Below, one piece after another: positions 19,137 through 27,946 of a stretch of 64,000 nt of DNA (position 1 is its first letter; each line of letters starts with the position of its first letter). The DNA comes from Candidatus Limnocylindrales bacterium. GTDB lineage: Bacteria > Chloroflexota > Limnocylindria > Limnocylindrales > CSP1-4. The notes under the pieces were generated by a model. It made no database searches and was not told where the DNA came from. It saw nothing but the letters and a program-made list of their open reading frames with translations. A program made the translations under genes and the position numbers. Location: assembly GCA_046707905.1 (NCBI GenBank), contig JBKKDM010000183.1, positions 12,653 through 76,652 of the forward strand, written 5' to 3'.

Positions 19137-19213
19137 TGGTCGGGGCGGTCGGATTCGAACCGACGGCCTCATGCTCCCAAAGCATGTGCGCTACCAGGCT
19201 GCGCTACGCCCCG
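19137..19213 (-). tRNA. tRNA-Pro, anticodon UGG, CCA encoded
   Basis: Reverse complement reads CGGGGCGTAGCGCAGCCTGGTAGCGCACATGCTTTGGGAGCATGAGGCCGTCGGTTCGAATCCGACCGCCCCGACCA. Acceptor CGGGGCG pairs with CGCCCCG. Anticodon stem CATGC/GCATG with loop TTTGGGA. T-loop GGTTCGAATCC. Confidence 0.92.
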
Positions 19214-19441
19214 CCGCGTCGAGCGTGAGAACCGTTCCGAGGCCGACGCATGCCGGCGAGCCAAGGCTACACCGACCGCGTCCTGTAATGGGTCAGGGAC
19301 CGAGAAGTTTGTGGCGGACGGTCAAATCGCACTCATCGGCCGAACTGCAAGGTACGTACGTGCGTACCCGTGGCTCGGGCCGCACTGAACCACGCGAGGT
19401 CGGTCTGGCTTCGCCCTCGCCACGATGAGTCCCTCGTGGAT

Positions 19442-20398
19442 CTACGGGTGCCGAGGAGCCTCTGCCGTGAGGGCTTGTCCAGCGGATCCGGGACCCGAAC
19501 CCTGGGCGGGCGCACGTCGGTCTCGATACGCAGCGATCCTCGCGGCGAGGACGGGGCGAAGGCGTACGGCAAGAATCGCCATGACGAGCACGATGATCTG
19601 GGCATACACCGTCGAGATGACGAACTGAAGGATCGACAGCGTCCCCCCGAGGAGGGCGCCTGCGATGACCAGGCCGCGCAGGGAGCCCTGGCCGCCGAGG
19701 ATGACCACCAGGAACGAGTTCACGAGGAACAGCAGTCCGAACTGTGGGTCGAGCGTGTTGATGGGCGCCAGGAATGCGCCGGCGAGCCCGGCGATTGCCG
19801 ATCCAAGGGCGAACAGCGCCGCACGCATCAAGCCGACGTTGATCCCCATGGTCTCGGCGAGGGCGGGGTTGCGCACGGTGGCCCGGGCGTGAAGCCCAAA
19901 GTTTGTTCTCGCCAGGATCACCGATACCACTGCAACGAGTCCCACGGTGACCACCACCACCACCAGGCGCCACCAGGGAACGTTGAACCCGGCAACCGCA
20001 ATCGAGCCGCCGATGACGTCCTGCACGGTCCTGGGATTGGCGGAGTAGATCAGCTGCACGACCTGGCGGATGATGACCGCCAGCCCGAACGTGGCCAGCA
20101 GCGAGTCGAGGGGGCGGTCGTAGAGCGACCTGAGAATCCCGCGCTCGATCAGGATCCCGACGGCCCCCGCCACGAGCGGAGCCAGGAGGATGCCCAGCAG
20201 CACGTTGCCGGTGGTCTCTTGCACCTGGAAGGTGGTGTACGCGCCGATCAGCAGGAACTCGCCGTGGGCAAGGTTCACCACGTTGAGCAGCCCGAAGGTG
20301 AAGTGAAGACCGAGGGCGATCAGAACGAACACCCCAATCAGGACGACGACGTTGAACGAGTCGGGCGGCAGGAAGCCCGCGGCGGCGCCTCCGGTCAT
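19442..20398 (-). CDS. Branched-chain-amino-acid-type (HAAT family) ABC transporter permease, LivH-like
   Basis: Starts at MTGGAAAGF (residue 198 of ORF 19442..20989), an ATGA overlap with the upstream ATPase stop. Multi-TM sequence with NLAHGEFLLIGAY and TVRNPALAETMGINV motifs. Confidence 0.85.
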   Translation of the reverse strand: MTGGAAAGFLPPDSFNVVVLIGVFVLIALGLHFTFGLLNVVNLAHGEFLLIGAYTTFQVQETTGNVLLGILLAPLVAGAVGILIERGILRSLYDRPLDSLLATFGLAVIIRQVVQLIYSANPRTVQDVIGGSIAVAGFNVPWWRLVVVVVTVGLVAVVSVILARTNFGLHARATVRNPALAETMGINVGLMRAALFALGSAIAGLAGAFLAPINTLDPQFGLLFLVNSFLVVILGGQGSLRGLVIAGALLGGTLSILQFVISTVYAQIIVLVMAILAVRLRPVLAARIAAYRDRRAPAQGSGPGSAGQALTAEAPRHP

Positions 20399-21087
20399 AG
20401 AGCAAGCCTCCGCTCGAGCACGCCGTCGCTGTGGAGACGGCTGATGTCCCCGGACTCGACGATGCTGCCGTGCTCCAGCACGAACGCTTGCGAACCGACG
20501 GCGAGGGCCGTATCGATGTTCTGCTCGACCAGGAGCACGGCCGCGGTTTCTGTCAATACCCGGATTGCGGGCAGCAGCTGTTCCACGATGACCGGCGCCA
20601 CGCCCTCGGTCGGCTCGTCCATGAGCACGAGCTTCGGGTGAACGAGCAGCGCCTGAGCGATGCCGAGCATCTTCCGCTCGCCGCCGGAGAGGGTCTGCGC
20701 CTCCTGGTCCCCCCGGTCTCCCAGGATCGGGAAGAGCTCCGCCGCAGCCGCCAGCGCGGCCTCGCCCCCGCGCTTGCCGAACGCGATGAAGAGGTGCTCT
20801 CTCACGGTCAGGCCGGGAAACACCGCATCTTCCTGGGGGACCCAGACCATGCCCGCGCCGTTGATGCGGTGACCTTGCCAGTCGGTGATATCCCGCCCGT
20901 CGAGGTGAACCCTGCCGGTCTTCGGCAGGACGCCCATGAGCGACTTCAGGAGCGTGGTCTTGCCGGCCCCGTTTCGTCCCATCAGGCATGCCACCTCCCC
21001 CGGCGACACCTCAAGGGACACGTCGCGCAGCACGATGGACGGCCCGTAGCCCGCGTGCAGGCCGCTGACGCTCAGCACGGCGGTCAC
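20395..21087 (-). CDS. ABC transporter ATP-binding protein, LivF-like
   Basis: 230-aa ORF. Walker A GRNGAGKTT, signature LSGGERKML, Walker B LVLMDEP. Confidence 0.88.
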   Translation of the reverse strand: MTAVLSVSGLHAGYGPSIVLRDVSLEVSPGEVACLMGRNGAGKTTLLKSLMGVLPKTGRVHLDGRDITDWQGHRINGAGMVWVPQEDAVFPGLTVREHLFIAFGKRGGEAALAAAAELFPILGDRGDQEAQTLSGGERKMLGIAQALLVHPKLVLMDEPTEGVAPVIVEQLLPAIRVLTETAAVLLVEQNIDTALAVGSQAFVLEHGSIVESGDISRLHSDGVLERRLAL

Positions 21088-21812
21088 TGACGTCTGCCCA
21101 GGTACGACGCCTGTACTTCCGGGTTGGCCTGTACCTCGTCCACCGTGCCGTCGGCGAGCACCTCACCGCGATGCATCACCGTCACCCGATCGCTGACCAG
21201 CCGGATGAACTCGATGTTGTGCTCGACGACGATCATCGCCTCGGCCGCCCCTGCAGCCTGTAGTTGGCGGAGCAGCGACGCCGTGCTGCGACTCTCGGCG
21301 CGGGTCATCCCGGAGGTCGGCTCGTCGAGGAGGAGCAGCTTCGGCTTGGTCAACAGCACCATGCCGATCTCGAGCCACCGCTGCTGGCCGTGACTGAGAT
21401 GTCGCGCTCGTCGACGTCGGATATCGGCGAGGTCGATGAGCTCCAGCACCCTCTCGACTTCGTCCCTATCGACGGACCCGTCGGCGCCCGGCACCTTCGG
21501 ATGCGCGCCCAGCAGCAGGTTCTCCTCGACGGTGAGGTCGTCGAAGACGCTTGTCATCTGGAACACCAGCCCCATTCCGAGTCGGGCACGGTCACGACCC
21601 TGCAGACGGGTCACATCGGTGTCGCCGAACCGGATGCTGCCGTGGTCGGCCTGCAGGCGACCGTAGATCAGGTGGAGCAGCGTGCTCTTCCCAGCTCCAT
21701 TCGCGCCGATCAGGCCGCGTAGCTCACCGCAGTTCAGCTCCAGCGACACGTCGCGGACCGCGATGAAGCCGCGAAAGCTCTTGGTAAGGCCATCGATGGC
21801 GAGGACGCTCAC
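21084..21812 (-). CDS. ABC transporter ATP-binding protein, LivG-like
   Basis: Start at GTG 21812 (VSVLAIDGLTKSFRGF), a GTGA overlap with the permease stop. Walker A GANGAGKST, signature LSHGQQRWLEI, Walker B LLLLDEP. Confidence 0.88.
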   Translation of the reverse strand: MSVLAIDGLTKSFRGFIAVRDVSLELNCGELRGLIGANGAGKSTLLHLIYGRLQADHGSIRFGDTDVTRLQGRDRARLGMGLVFQMTSVFDDLTVEENLLLGAHPKVPGADGSVDRDEVERVLELIDLADIRRRRARHLSHGQQRWLEIGMVLLTKPKLLLLDEPTSGMTRAESRSTASLLRQLQAAGAAEAMIVVEHNIEFIRLVSDRVTVMHRGEVLADGTVDEVQANPEVQASYLGRRQ

Positions 21813-22822
21813 GTCCCCCGCTCCCGGTTGAGGAAACCGAAGATGCCGGAGGGCAGCACGAGGATGACCCCGACCAAGATGACCCCGACCGCGACCAGCC
21901 AGGTGTCCAGCAGAGAACCCGAAAGCGTGGCAGTCAGGTAGGGAAGCAGGATCGCGCCGACGATGGGCCCGATGAGGGTGCCCCGGCCCCCCAGCACGAC
22001 CCACAGCAACACCAGCGTCGAAGCGCTGACGCCGACGGCGCCCGGCGACACGATGCCCTCGTGCACGTAGTAGACCGCCCCCGCGAGCGCGGCGATGGCG
22101 GCCGAAAGGACGAACGCGCGGCGCTTGACCGCCGGCACGTCATAGCCGAGAAGGTCGATCCGGTCCTCGTTGTCCCGGATGCCACGAAGGATGAGCCCCG
22201 AGCGGGAGCCTAGGAATCGTTGTACGCCGAGGTACGTGGCCAGCAGGAGGACGCCGGCGAGGGCGTAGAAGCCGTATCCCTGTTGGAGGGACACCACACC
22301 CGGGATCCCGAGGGTCGAGCTCATCAGGATCCCGTTCTGGCCACCGGTCACGGACCCACCCGCGTTGGTCAGGCGCTCGGCCACGACCGCCACCGCCAGG
22401 GTCACCACCGCGAACTCGACCCCCCGCAGGGCGCCTCGACCTGAGAACACGAAGTACGACAGAGCGAGGGCGAACAGGCTCGCCGCCGACACCGCCGCGA
22501 GCAGGGCTGCCCAGAGCGGGACCGGGAGGAACGCTGCCTCGTGCGTCGTGAGCATGCCCACGATGTAGCCACCGCCGCCGAAGAACGCGGCGTGCCCGAA
22601 GGTGAACAGTCCCCCGTAACCCCAGATGAGGTCGACCGATACCGCGAACGCTGCCAGCAGGAAGTACCGGCCGACTCGATCGATGAGGAACGTATCGCCG
22701 CTGACGAGAGGAAAGGCGATCAACGCCACCAGCAGCAGCACCTCGACACGACGCCTGCTCGGGTGCGTGGCTGGTGACCCCGCCAGCCCGAAACCCGGCG
22801 GCCGCCAACGGCCCCTCCTCAT
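21809..22822 (-). CDS. HAAT-family ABC transporter permease, LivM-like
   Basis: 337-aa ORF. Strongly hydrophobic multi-TM protein with DLIWGYGGLFTFGHAAFFGGGGY and LRGIRDNEDR motifs. The true start may lie downstream of 22822. Confidence 0.8.
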   Translation of the reverse strand: MRRGRWRPPGFGLAGSPATHPSRRRVEVLLLVALIAFPLVSGDTFLIDRVGRYFLLAAFAVSVDLIWGYGGLFTFGHAAFFGGGGYIVGMLTTHEAAFLPVPLWAALLAAVSAASLFALALSYFVFSGRGALRGVEFAVVTLAVAVVAERLTNAGGSVTGGQNGILMSSTLGIPGVVSLQQGYGFYALAGVLLLATYLGVQRFLGSRSGLILRGIRDNEDRIDLLGYDVPAVKRRAFVLSAAIAALAGAVYYVHEGIVSPGAVGVSASTLVLLWVVLGGRGTLIGPIVGAILLPYLTATLSGSLLDTWLVAVGVILVGVILVLPSGIFGFLNRERGT

Positions 22823-22880
22823 CCGTGTCCGGCCGCCGTGACACGTCGAGGAGGGGCCTCCGTCTCCACCAGGTCAGCGC

Positions 22881-24113
22881 CTAGAGGGTGCAAGCCTCCT
22901 CGGGATCCATGTTCGGGAAGCTGTCGACGAGGACGTACTTCCCGTTCTGGGCCTGCACGAGGTTGATCGTCTGCTGGAGGTAGTGCGAGGGCGTGATCTT
23001 CACCGAGCCCGTGGGGCCCTCGAAGGAAAGGCCGGGGAGGGCCGCGGCCACGGCCTTCGGGTCGGTCGAACCCGCCTTCTCGACTGCCATCTTGTAGAGA
23101 TAGACGGCGTCGTACGCGCCAACTCCTTCCCCGCCCGACGGGATCTGACCCGCCCCGAAGCTCGTCGCGTACGCCTCCAGGAAAGGCTTCACTCCAGGTG
23201 CGTCCGCCGCCGTGAAGAACGGCAGCGCCGTGTAGGAACCTTCGGCGAGTGCCGCAATGCCTGCGAAGTCGGGGTCACCGAGGAAGATGGTGCCGACCCC
23301 GACGTTGTCGAGGAGATCGGCGTCGTCAAGCGCCTTGAGCGCCGAGCCCCACACGGCTGGATAGAGCGAGAAGATGTAGTCGGGCTGCTTCTCGCGAACC
23401 GTCTTGACGAGCTCGCTGAAGTCGTCTGCGATGAGCGGCAGGTAGAGCTCGGATACCACGGTGCCACCGCCGGCGGCGATGATCGGCTTGGCGATCTCGA
23501 AGCTGCGGCGCGGCCACACGTAGTCCGCTCCGAACAACATCGCCTTGGGGCCGTACTTCTCCTGGAGCACCGGGATCAGGGGCCGGATCTGCTGTGCTGG
23601 CACAGCACCGAACGAGAAATACAGCTCGTTGCACTTCCCACCCTCGAATGTCTCGGTGTAGAAGAGCAGCTTGCTGTTGTCCGTGACGACCGTCTTGAAG
23701 ACGGCGTCGTTGGCATCTGAGCCGATTGGACCCATCACCAGGTCCACCTTGTCGCTCTGGACCAGCTTCTTGGCCTTGTCGAGCGTGGCGGCCACGTCGG
23801 TCTGGGTGTCCTCGACGATCACCGAGATCTGCCGGCCGGAAATCCCGCCCTTGGCGTTGATCTCCTTGACCGCCAACTGGGCGCTGTTCGCCAAGCTGGT
23901 GCCGTAGGTGGTGAACGGACCCGTCAGGTCGGCGAGGATCCCGATCTTGATGGGTTCGCTGGACCCGGGCGTTGAGCTGTTCGGGGTGCCTGTCGCACAC
24001 GCGGCGAGCAACAGTGCCAGCGCGATCCCCGTGCCACCGAAGCGGGCACCAAGAACGCCTTCGCGCCTCCTCGGCTGGTGGTTGTCGAGACCGTTGGAGA
24101 TTCCCTTGTTCAA
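22881..24113 (-). CDS. ABC transporter periplasmic substrate-binding lipoprotein (Leu/Ile/Val-binding-protein family, type 1 PBP)
   Basis: ORF 22881..24179. A TTG at 24113 has GGAGGGA 7 nt upstream. Lipobox ALALLLAAC. IKIGILADLTGPFTTYG and MGPIGSDANDA are typical of this family. Confidence 0.8.
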   Translation of the reverse strand: MNKGISNGLDNHQPRRREGVLGARFGGTGIALALLLAACATGTPNSSTPGSSEPIKIGILADLTGPFTTYGTSLANSAQLAVKEINAKGGISGRQISVIVEDTQTDVAATLDKAKKLVQSDKVDLVMGPIGSDANDAVFKTVVTDNSKLLFYTETFEGGKCNELYFSFGAVPAQQIRPLIPVLQEKYGPKAMLFGADYVWPRRSFEIAKPIIAAGGGTVVSELYLPLIADDFSELVKTVREKQPDYIFSLYPAVWGSALKALDDADLLDNVGVGTIFLGDPDFAGIAALAEGSYTALPFFTAADAPGVKPFLEAYATSFGAGQIPSGGEGVGAYDAVYLYKMAVEKAGSTDPKAVAAALPGLSFEGPTGSVKITPSHYLQQTINLVQAQNGKYVLVDSFPNMDPEEACTL

Positions 24114-24188
24114 TCTGATCCCTCCATTCCTAGGTTGCACGCGAGTGTGATGGCGGCGGCGCCCACGTATCTTGACCAACCTAGCGGG

Positions 24189-24797
24189 TCACCGCGGGCC
24201 GGTCCGCTCGAAGACCGTCAACACCTCCTCGAGGTCCGCGACCGTGCCGAAATGCGTGTCGATGTCGTACAGGCTGGACTCCTGCTCGCGTTCGCCGGTG
24301 GCGGCCACGCAATCCTGGACGACGATCACGTCGTAGCCGCGGAAGAAGGCGTCGTGCGCGGTGGAGCGCACGCAGATGTTCGTGACAACGCCTGTCAGGA
24401 TCAGGTGCGCGACCCCCAGCTCTCGCAGACGCAGATCCAGGTCGGTCTCGTAGAAGCCGGAGTAGCGCCGCTTGGGCACCCTGTACTCGTCGTCCCGCGG
24501 TTGAAGCACCTCCACGATCTGCGCTCCCCACGTGCCAGTGAGGCAATGCACGGAGCGCTTGTCGAACTCGCGGTCGCCAGGCGGGTGCGTGTCGCAGACC
24601 CAGATCACCGCCGACCCGTGTGCACGAGCGGTGGCGAGGAGACGCCGAATGGGCTCGTAGAGGCGCTCACCTTCCGGCAGGGGCATCGCGCCGGACGGCT
24701 CCAGGAAGTCGTTCAGCATGTCGACGACCAGCACTGCGCTGCGACCGGGGTCGAAGGCCACGCTTCGCTGGACGCGATGTTCCGCGAAGTCGGTCAC
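24189..24797 (-). CDS. Isochorismatase-family cysteine hydrolase (amidohydrolase)
   Basis: 202-aa ORF. AVLVVDMLNDF (Asp), KRRYSGF (Lys region) and LTGVVTNICVRSTAHDA (Cys) give the D-K-C triad context of the family. Confidence 0.85.
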   Translation of the reverse strand: MTDFAEHRVQRSVAFDPGRSAVLVVDMLNDFLEPSGAMPLPEGERLYEPIRRLLATARAHGSAVIWVCDTHPPGDREFDKRSVHCLTGTWGAQIVEVLQPRDDEYRVPKRRYSGFYETDLDLRLRELGVAHLILTGVVTNICVRSTAHDAFFRGYDVIVVQDCVAATGEREQESSLYDIDTHFGTVADLEEVLTVFERTGPR

Positions 24798-25047
24798 GAG
24801 AACGACAAGACCCGCACGGTATGAGGAGTGCCGCGGCCTCGGATAAAACGTGGTTTCCCCTCGATGATCGCCGTAGCCACCGCAAGGTTGGGTGCCTCCC
24901 GCGCGGCCGGATGTGACCCTGGCCCGGCCGGGTGGCGATGGGGACGAGGGATCCTGGCGCTCTCGAACCGCACAATAATCGACGCGCCGTCGCTCGCCGT
25001 CCGCGCGTTCATCTGGCCAATCCCTTCACCGCTCAACGCCTCGGTGG

Positions 25048-25086
25048 TCCCAAAGCATGTGCGCTACCAGGCTGCGCTACGCCCCG
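25048..25086 (-). repeat. 39-nt orphan copy of the 5' half of tRNA-Pro(UGG) (acceptor 5' strand through the anticodon loop); direct repeat of 19175..19213
   Basis: tcccaaagcatgtgcgctaccaggctgcgctacgccccg occurs identically at 19175-19213 and 25048-25086. Coordinates were cross-checked against the shared PKHVRYQAALRP peptides in ORFs 18685..19428 and 24828..26252. Sequence beyond the anticodon loop has no T-arm or acceptor complement. Confidence 0.9.
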
Positions 25087-25178
25087 TGGCCGGTGGTCGC
25101 CGTGGCGACCCGCGCCATTCTAGGCGCCGGTCAGCTCCTGGCCCACGCGGCGGCGCGGGTGGCTGCGGAGGCCCGCGC

Positions 25179-26228
25179 CTAGCCTCCAGAGACCGGCGAG
25201 GGGCCTGGGCCGTCGCGCTCCGCGATCATCGTGAACGCACGCTTGTTGTAGGTGTGCGGATAGTTGAACTCCCGCTTGAGCCAGTCGTTGATCGGGTAGC
25301 CCGTGACCCGCGGGAAGTGCGCCGAGAGCGTGGCGAGCACCTTCGCGCGGCTCAAGCGGTTCCAGTGGTACGCGGCCACGGGTCGATCCTCGTGCTCGGG
25401 GATCTCGGCCATGTTGAAGAACGACAGGATCACCGCCGAGCGAGCGACCCGGGACATCTCTGCGATCACTCGATCGACGCCCTCGAGCGGCAGGTGCTCG
25501 AGGAGATCGGACGCCAGGACGACGTCGACCCACCCATCGGACTGCGCAAGTGCCATGGCGCTCCCAACCTCGAACCGGACATCGGGGAAGTGGCGGCGCG
25601 CGTTGGCGATGTTCTTGGGGTTCAGGTCGATCCCGGCGTAGTCGAGGAACGGTGCGAGGCCGTAGTCGGCGAAGGCGCGGTAGTCATTGGCCGACCCGCA
25701 GGCGAGCTCCAGCACCTGCAGCCGCCTGGCCGGGCGCGTCGCGAGCTCCGTCCGCCACCGGTCGCGGTACTCGGTCTCGCGATCGGCGATCACCTCGCCG
25801 ATCTTGCGGATCCGGGCGATCCGTCGCTCGTTGAAGAACGCCTTGATCTTGGTGTTGGTGCGCTTGGCCTCGAGCCGGAGGGCCTCATTGAGCTCGACCG
25901 CGAACGCCATCTCGCTGCGCATCAGGTCCCGGTCCGCGTCGCTGTCGCCGAACAGGCGCCGGATCAGCTCGTGCCGGATCAGGATGCTCTGGACATTGAT
26001 CCGGGGGTTCTGCCAGCCGACGACGAGATACGCGTCGAGGCTGTCGGCCGGGTGCGCCGCCCAGCTCCAGCGGAGCAGCCGCTCCTCGGTGGCGAGGCCG
26101 GGCCGGACCTTCCGCAGGACCACGGCCGCGGCGCCGAGGGCCAGCGTGCGAACCGCTCGCGTGGCCACGCGTGCTGCAACCCGCCCGCGCCGCGCGAGGC
26201 CGGCACGCGTGGGCCGCCGACGCGACAC
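25179..26228 (-). CDS. Class I SAM-dependent methyltransferase with an N-terminal extension
   Basis: VLELACGSANDY (motif I), GIDLNP and VVLASDLLEHLP methyltransferase motifs. Start assigned to GTG 26228, 1 nt after the upstream TAG. The 5' end is uncertain. Confidence 0.7.
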   Translation of the reverse strand: MSRRRPTRAGLARRGRVAARVATRAVRTLALGAAAVVLRKVRPGLATEERLLRWSWAAHPADSLDAYLVVGWQNPRINVQSILIRHELIRRLFGDSDADRDLMRSEMAFAVELNEALRLEAKRTNTKIKAFFNERRIARIRKIGEVIADRETEYRDRWRTELATRPARRLQVLELACGSANDYRAFADYGLAPFLDYAGIDLNPKNIANARRHFPDVRFEVGSAMALAQSDGWVDVVLASDLLEHLPLEGVDRVIAEMSRVARSAVILSFFNMAEIPEHEDRPVAAYHWNRLSRAKVLATLSAHFPRVTGYPINDWLKREFNYPHTYNKRAFTMIAERDGPGPSPVSGG

Positions 26229-26229
26229 G

Positions 26230-27357
26230 CTACGAGACGCCGCGGACCGTGACCCCGATCGATTGAACGCCATTGTTGCCCATGCCCTGGTAGTTCCAGG
26301 ACGCCTCGAGGGGCTGCGGCTCGCCGTCGGCATCGGTCGCGCGGCAGGCCAGAAGGTGCTTCCCGGGCGTTGCGGTCCATTCGAACGACCAGGCGCGCCA
26401 CGCGAAGTCGCCGATCGGGGGCGCGAGGGCGGCGTCCGACCACCCGCCGTCGATGCTCACCTCGACCCGGCTGATCGGCGCCCGGCCGCCCCACGCCCGC
26501 CCGGCGATCGTCACGGGTCCGGCATCGACGAGCCGGCGACGCGAGAAGTAGTCCGGGATTCCCGGCGGCGTCATGAGGGCCCGGACCTTGATTCGTGAGA
26601 CGGGCGTGCCGGGGTCGTCGGCGTCGGCCTTGTAGTGATAGGCCGTGCCCTGCTGGTAGCCGTGGAACGGCTCGGCGACCGCATCGATGCTTCGAAGCCA
26701 CTTGACGCTGGCCATCCCGTACCAGCCCGGCACGAGCAGTCGCAACGGATAGCCATGCTGTGGCTGGAGGGGCTCGCCGTTCATGGCATAGACGAGGAGC
26801 ACCTCGGGCCGTCGCACCTCGGCGATGGCGAGGCTGCGCTGGTAGTCGTGCTCGTTGCCGCCCTGGACGCCGCGGTCCGCGCCGCTGAAGACGAGCTCGG
26901 CGGCGTCGGAGCGGACGCCGGCCTCGTCGAGCAGGGGACCGAGCGAGGTGCCGGTCCACTCGGCGGTGCCGATGGCCTCGAAGAGCCAGGGGTTGCTGAG
27001 CGGCCGCGGACGCATCCGGGCGCGGCCATTCCCGGCGCACTCGAGGGTGACCGGGATCGTGCTGCTCGGGCGGGCCCGCAGGTCGTCGAGCGTCAGATCG
27101 ATCGGGTTGTCGACGAGGCCCCCGAGGGACAGGCGCCACGTCGCGGCGTCGACCGCTGGAATGTCGAAGTGGACCAGCAGGTAGTGAAGGCCGGTCGGCG
27201 TGATGTCGTAGCGAAGGGCCTCCAGCGGCATTCCGCGATTCCGCCCGGCGAGCTGGAGCTCCTCGAGCGTGAGCGGGCCGTCGGTTGGGGTGCGAGAGGG
27301 TCCGGCCCAGGCCGCCACTACCTCGTCGGTCGCGAGGAGGTCCTCGGTCGTCGTCAT
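26230..27357 (-). CDS. Sulfite-oxidase-family molybdopterin oxidoreductase (with C-terminal dimerisation/Ig-like domain)
   Basis: Starts at MTTTEDLL (residue 151 of ORF 26230..27807). PVTLECAGNGR (Mo-ligand Cys motif), HGYPLRLLVPGWYGMASVKWL and WNYQGMGNN match the SUOX/SorA-like fold. Confidence 0.85.
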   Translation of the reverse strand: MTTTEDLLATDEVVAAWAGPSRTPTDGPLTLEELQLAGRNRGMPLEALRYDITPTGLHYLLVHFDIPAVDAATWRLSLGGLVDNPIDLTLDDLRARPSSTIPVTLECAGNGRARMRPRPLSNPWLFEAIGTAEWTGTSLGPLLDEAGVRSDAAELVFSGADRGVQGGNEHDYQRSLAIAEVRRPEVLLVYAMNGEPLQPQHGYPLRLLVPGWYGMASVKWLRSIDAVAEPFHGYQQGTAYHYKADADDPGTPVSRIKVRALMTPPGIPDYFSRRRLVDAGPVTIAGRAWGGRAPISRVEVSIDGGWSDAALAPPIGDFAWRAWSFEWTATPGKHLLACRATDADGEPQPLEASWNYQGMGNNGVQSIGVTVRGVS

Positions 27358-27425
27358 CGGCGCTATGCTAGCGCCGATGGGCTGGCGCTCCGGGCCGCGA
27401 AGGCTTCGCGCGGCCGAGGAGGGCC

Positions 27426-27689
27426 CTAGTCGCCCTGGCCCTGTCCGTTCGTCGCGCCGGGCGCGCCCATGACTCCCCCGACGCGACCTTCGCGGATGTT
27501 GTCGTTGCCGGGACGTTCGGCGGCCTGCATCGGCGGCTGGTCGGTGTCGAGCCCGTCGGGGCTCTCGCCCGGCGCGTGCTGGGCCTCGGGATCCTCGTCG
27601 AACGGCGGACGGTCGAATGGCGATCGATCGCGCTCGTCGGTCGGGGGCGCCTCGGGCTCTGGCTCGCCGGGATTGCGGATGTCGGACAT
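27426..27689 (-). CDS. Small acidic, Pro/Asp/Glu-rich predicted disordered protein (87 aa), hypothetical
   Basis: The ATG at 27689 is preceded by AGGAG 8 nt upstream. Translation begins MSDIRNPGEPEPEAPPTDERDRSPFDRPPFDEDPEAQ... No recognisable domain. Confidence 0.5.
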   Translation of the reverse strand: MSDIRNPGEPEPEAPPTDERDRSPFDRPPFDEDPEAQHAPGESPDGLDTDQPPMQAAERPGNDNIREGRVGGVMGAPGATNGQGQGD

Positions 27690-27946
27690 GGTGGTGACTC
27701 CTACGGTGTGGCGTCTGCGCCACGGCCACGGTGCGGCCGAGCGGATCGCAACGACGCTGCGATCGAGGCGGCTTCCGAAGCGAACGTGCCGCACCCTCGC
27801 CTCCCATCCGTCGGGCAGGCCACTCGTCGCGCTCCTGTCAGACTCCCATCGAGGCGATGGACCACCCGCGAAACCACCAGTCGCCCAGCATGGCGCCACG
27901 CCCGCGGTCCGGTCCGCGGCGCGCCGCCGATGGCGGGAGGAGCCCA

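Noticed and set aside
24940-25000. tRNA-like ggttcgaga element (reverse complement of ctctcgaaccgc) near the tRNA fragment, considered as the missing 3' half of a second tRNA-Pro
   Set aside because: The flanking bases do not form a T-stem or an acceptor stem complementary to CGGGGCG, and the spacing to the 39-nt fragment is wrong. This is most likely a chance match or part of the operon leader.
19214-25047. Search for an integrase, excisionase, transposase or phage genes inside the tRNA-bracketed cassette
   Set aside because: All six ORFs are transporter or hydrolase genes, and the remaining spacers are too short. I therefore do not annotate a mobile_element feature. Only the repeat and the hypothesis are reported.
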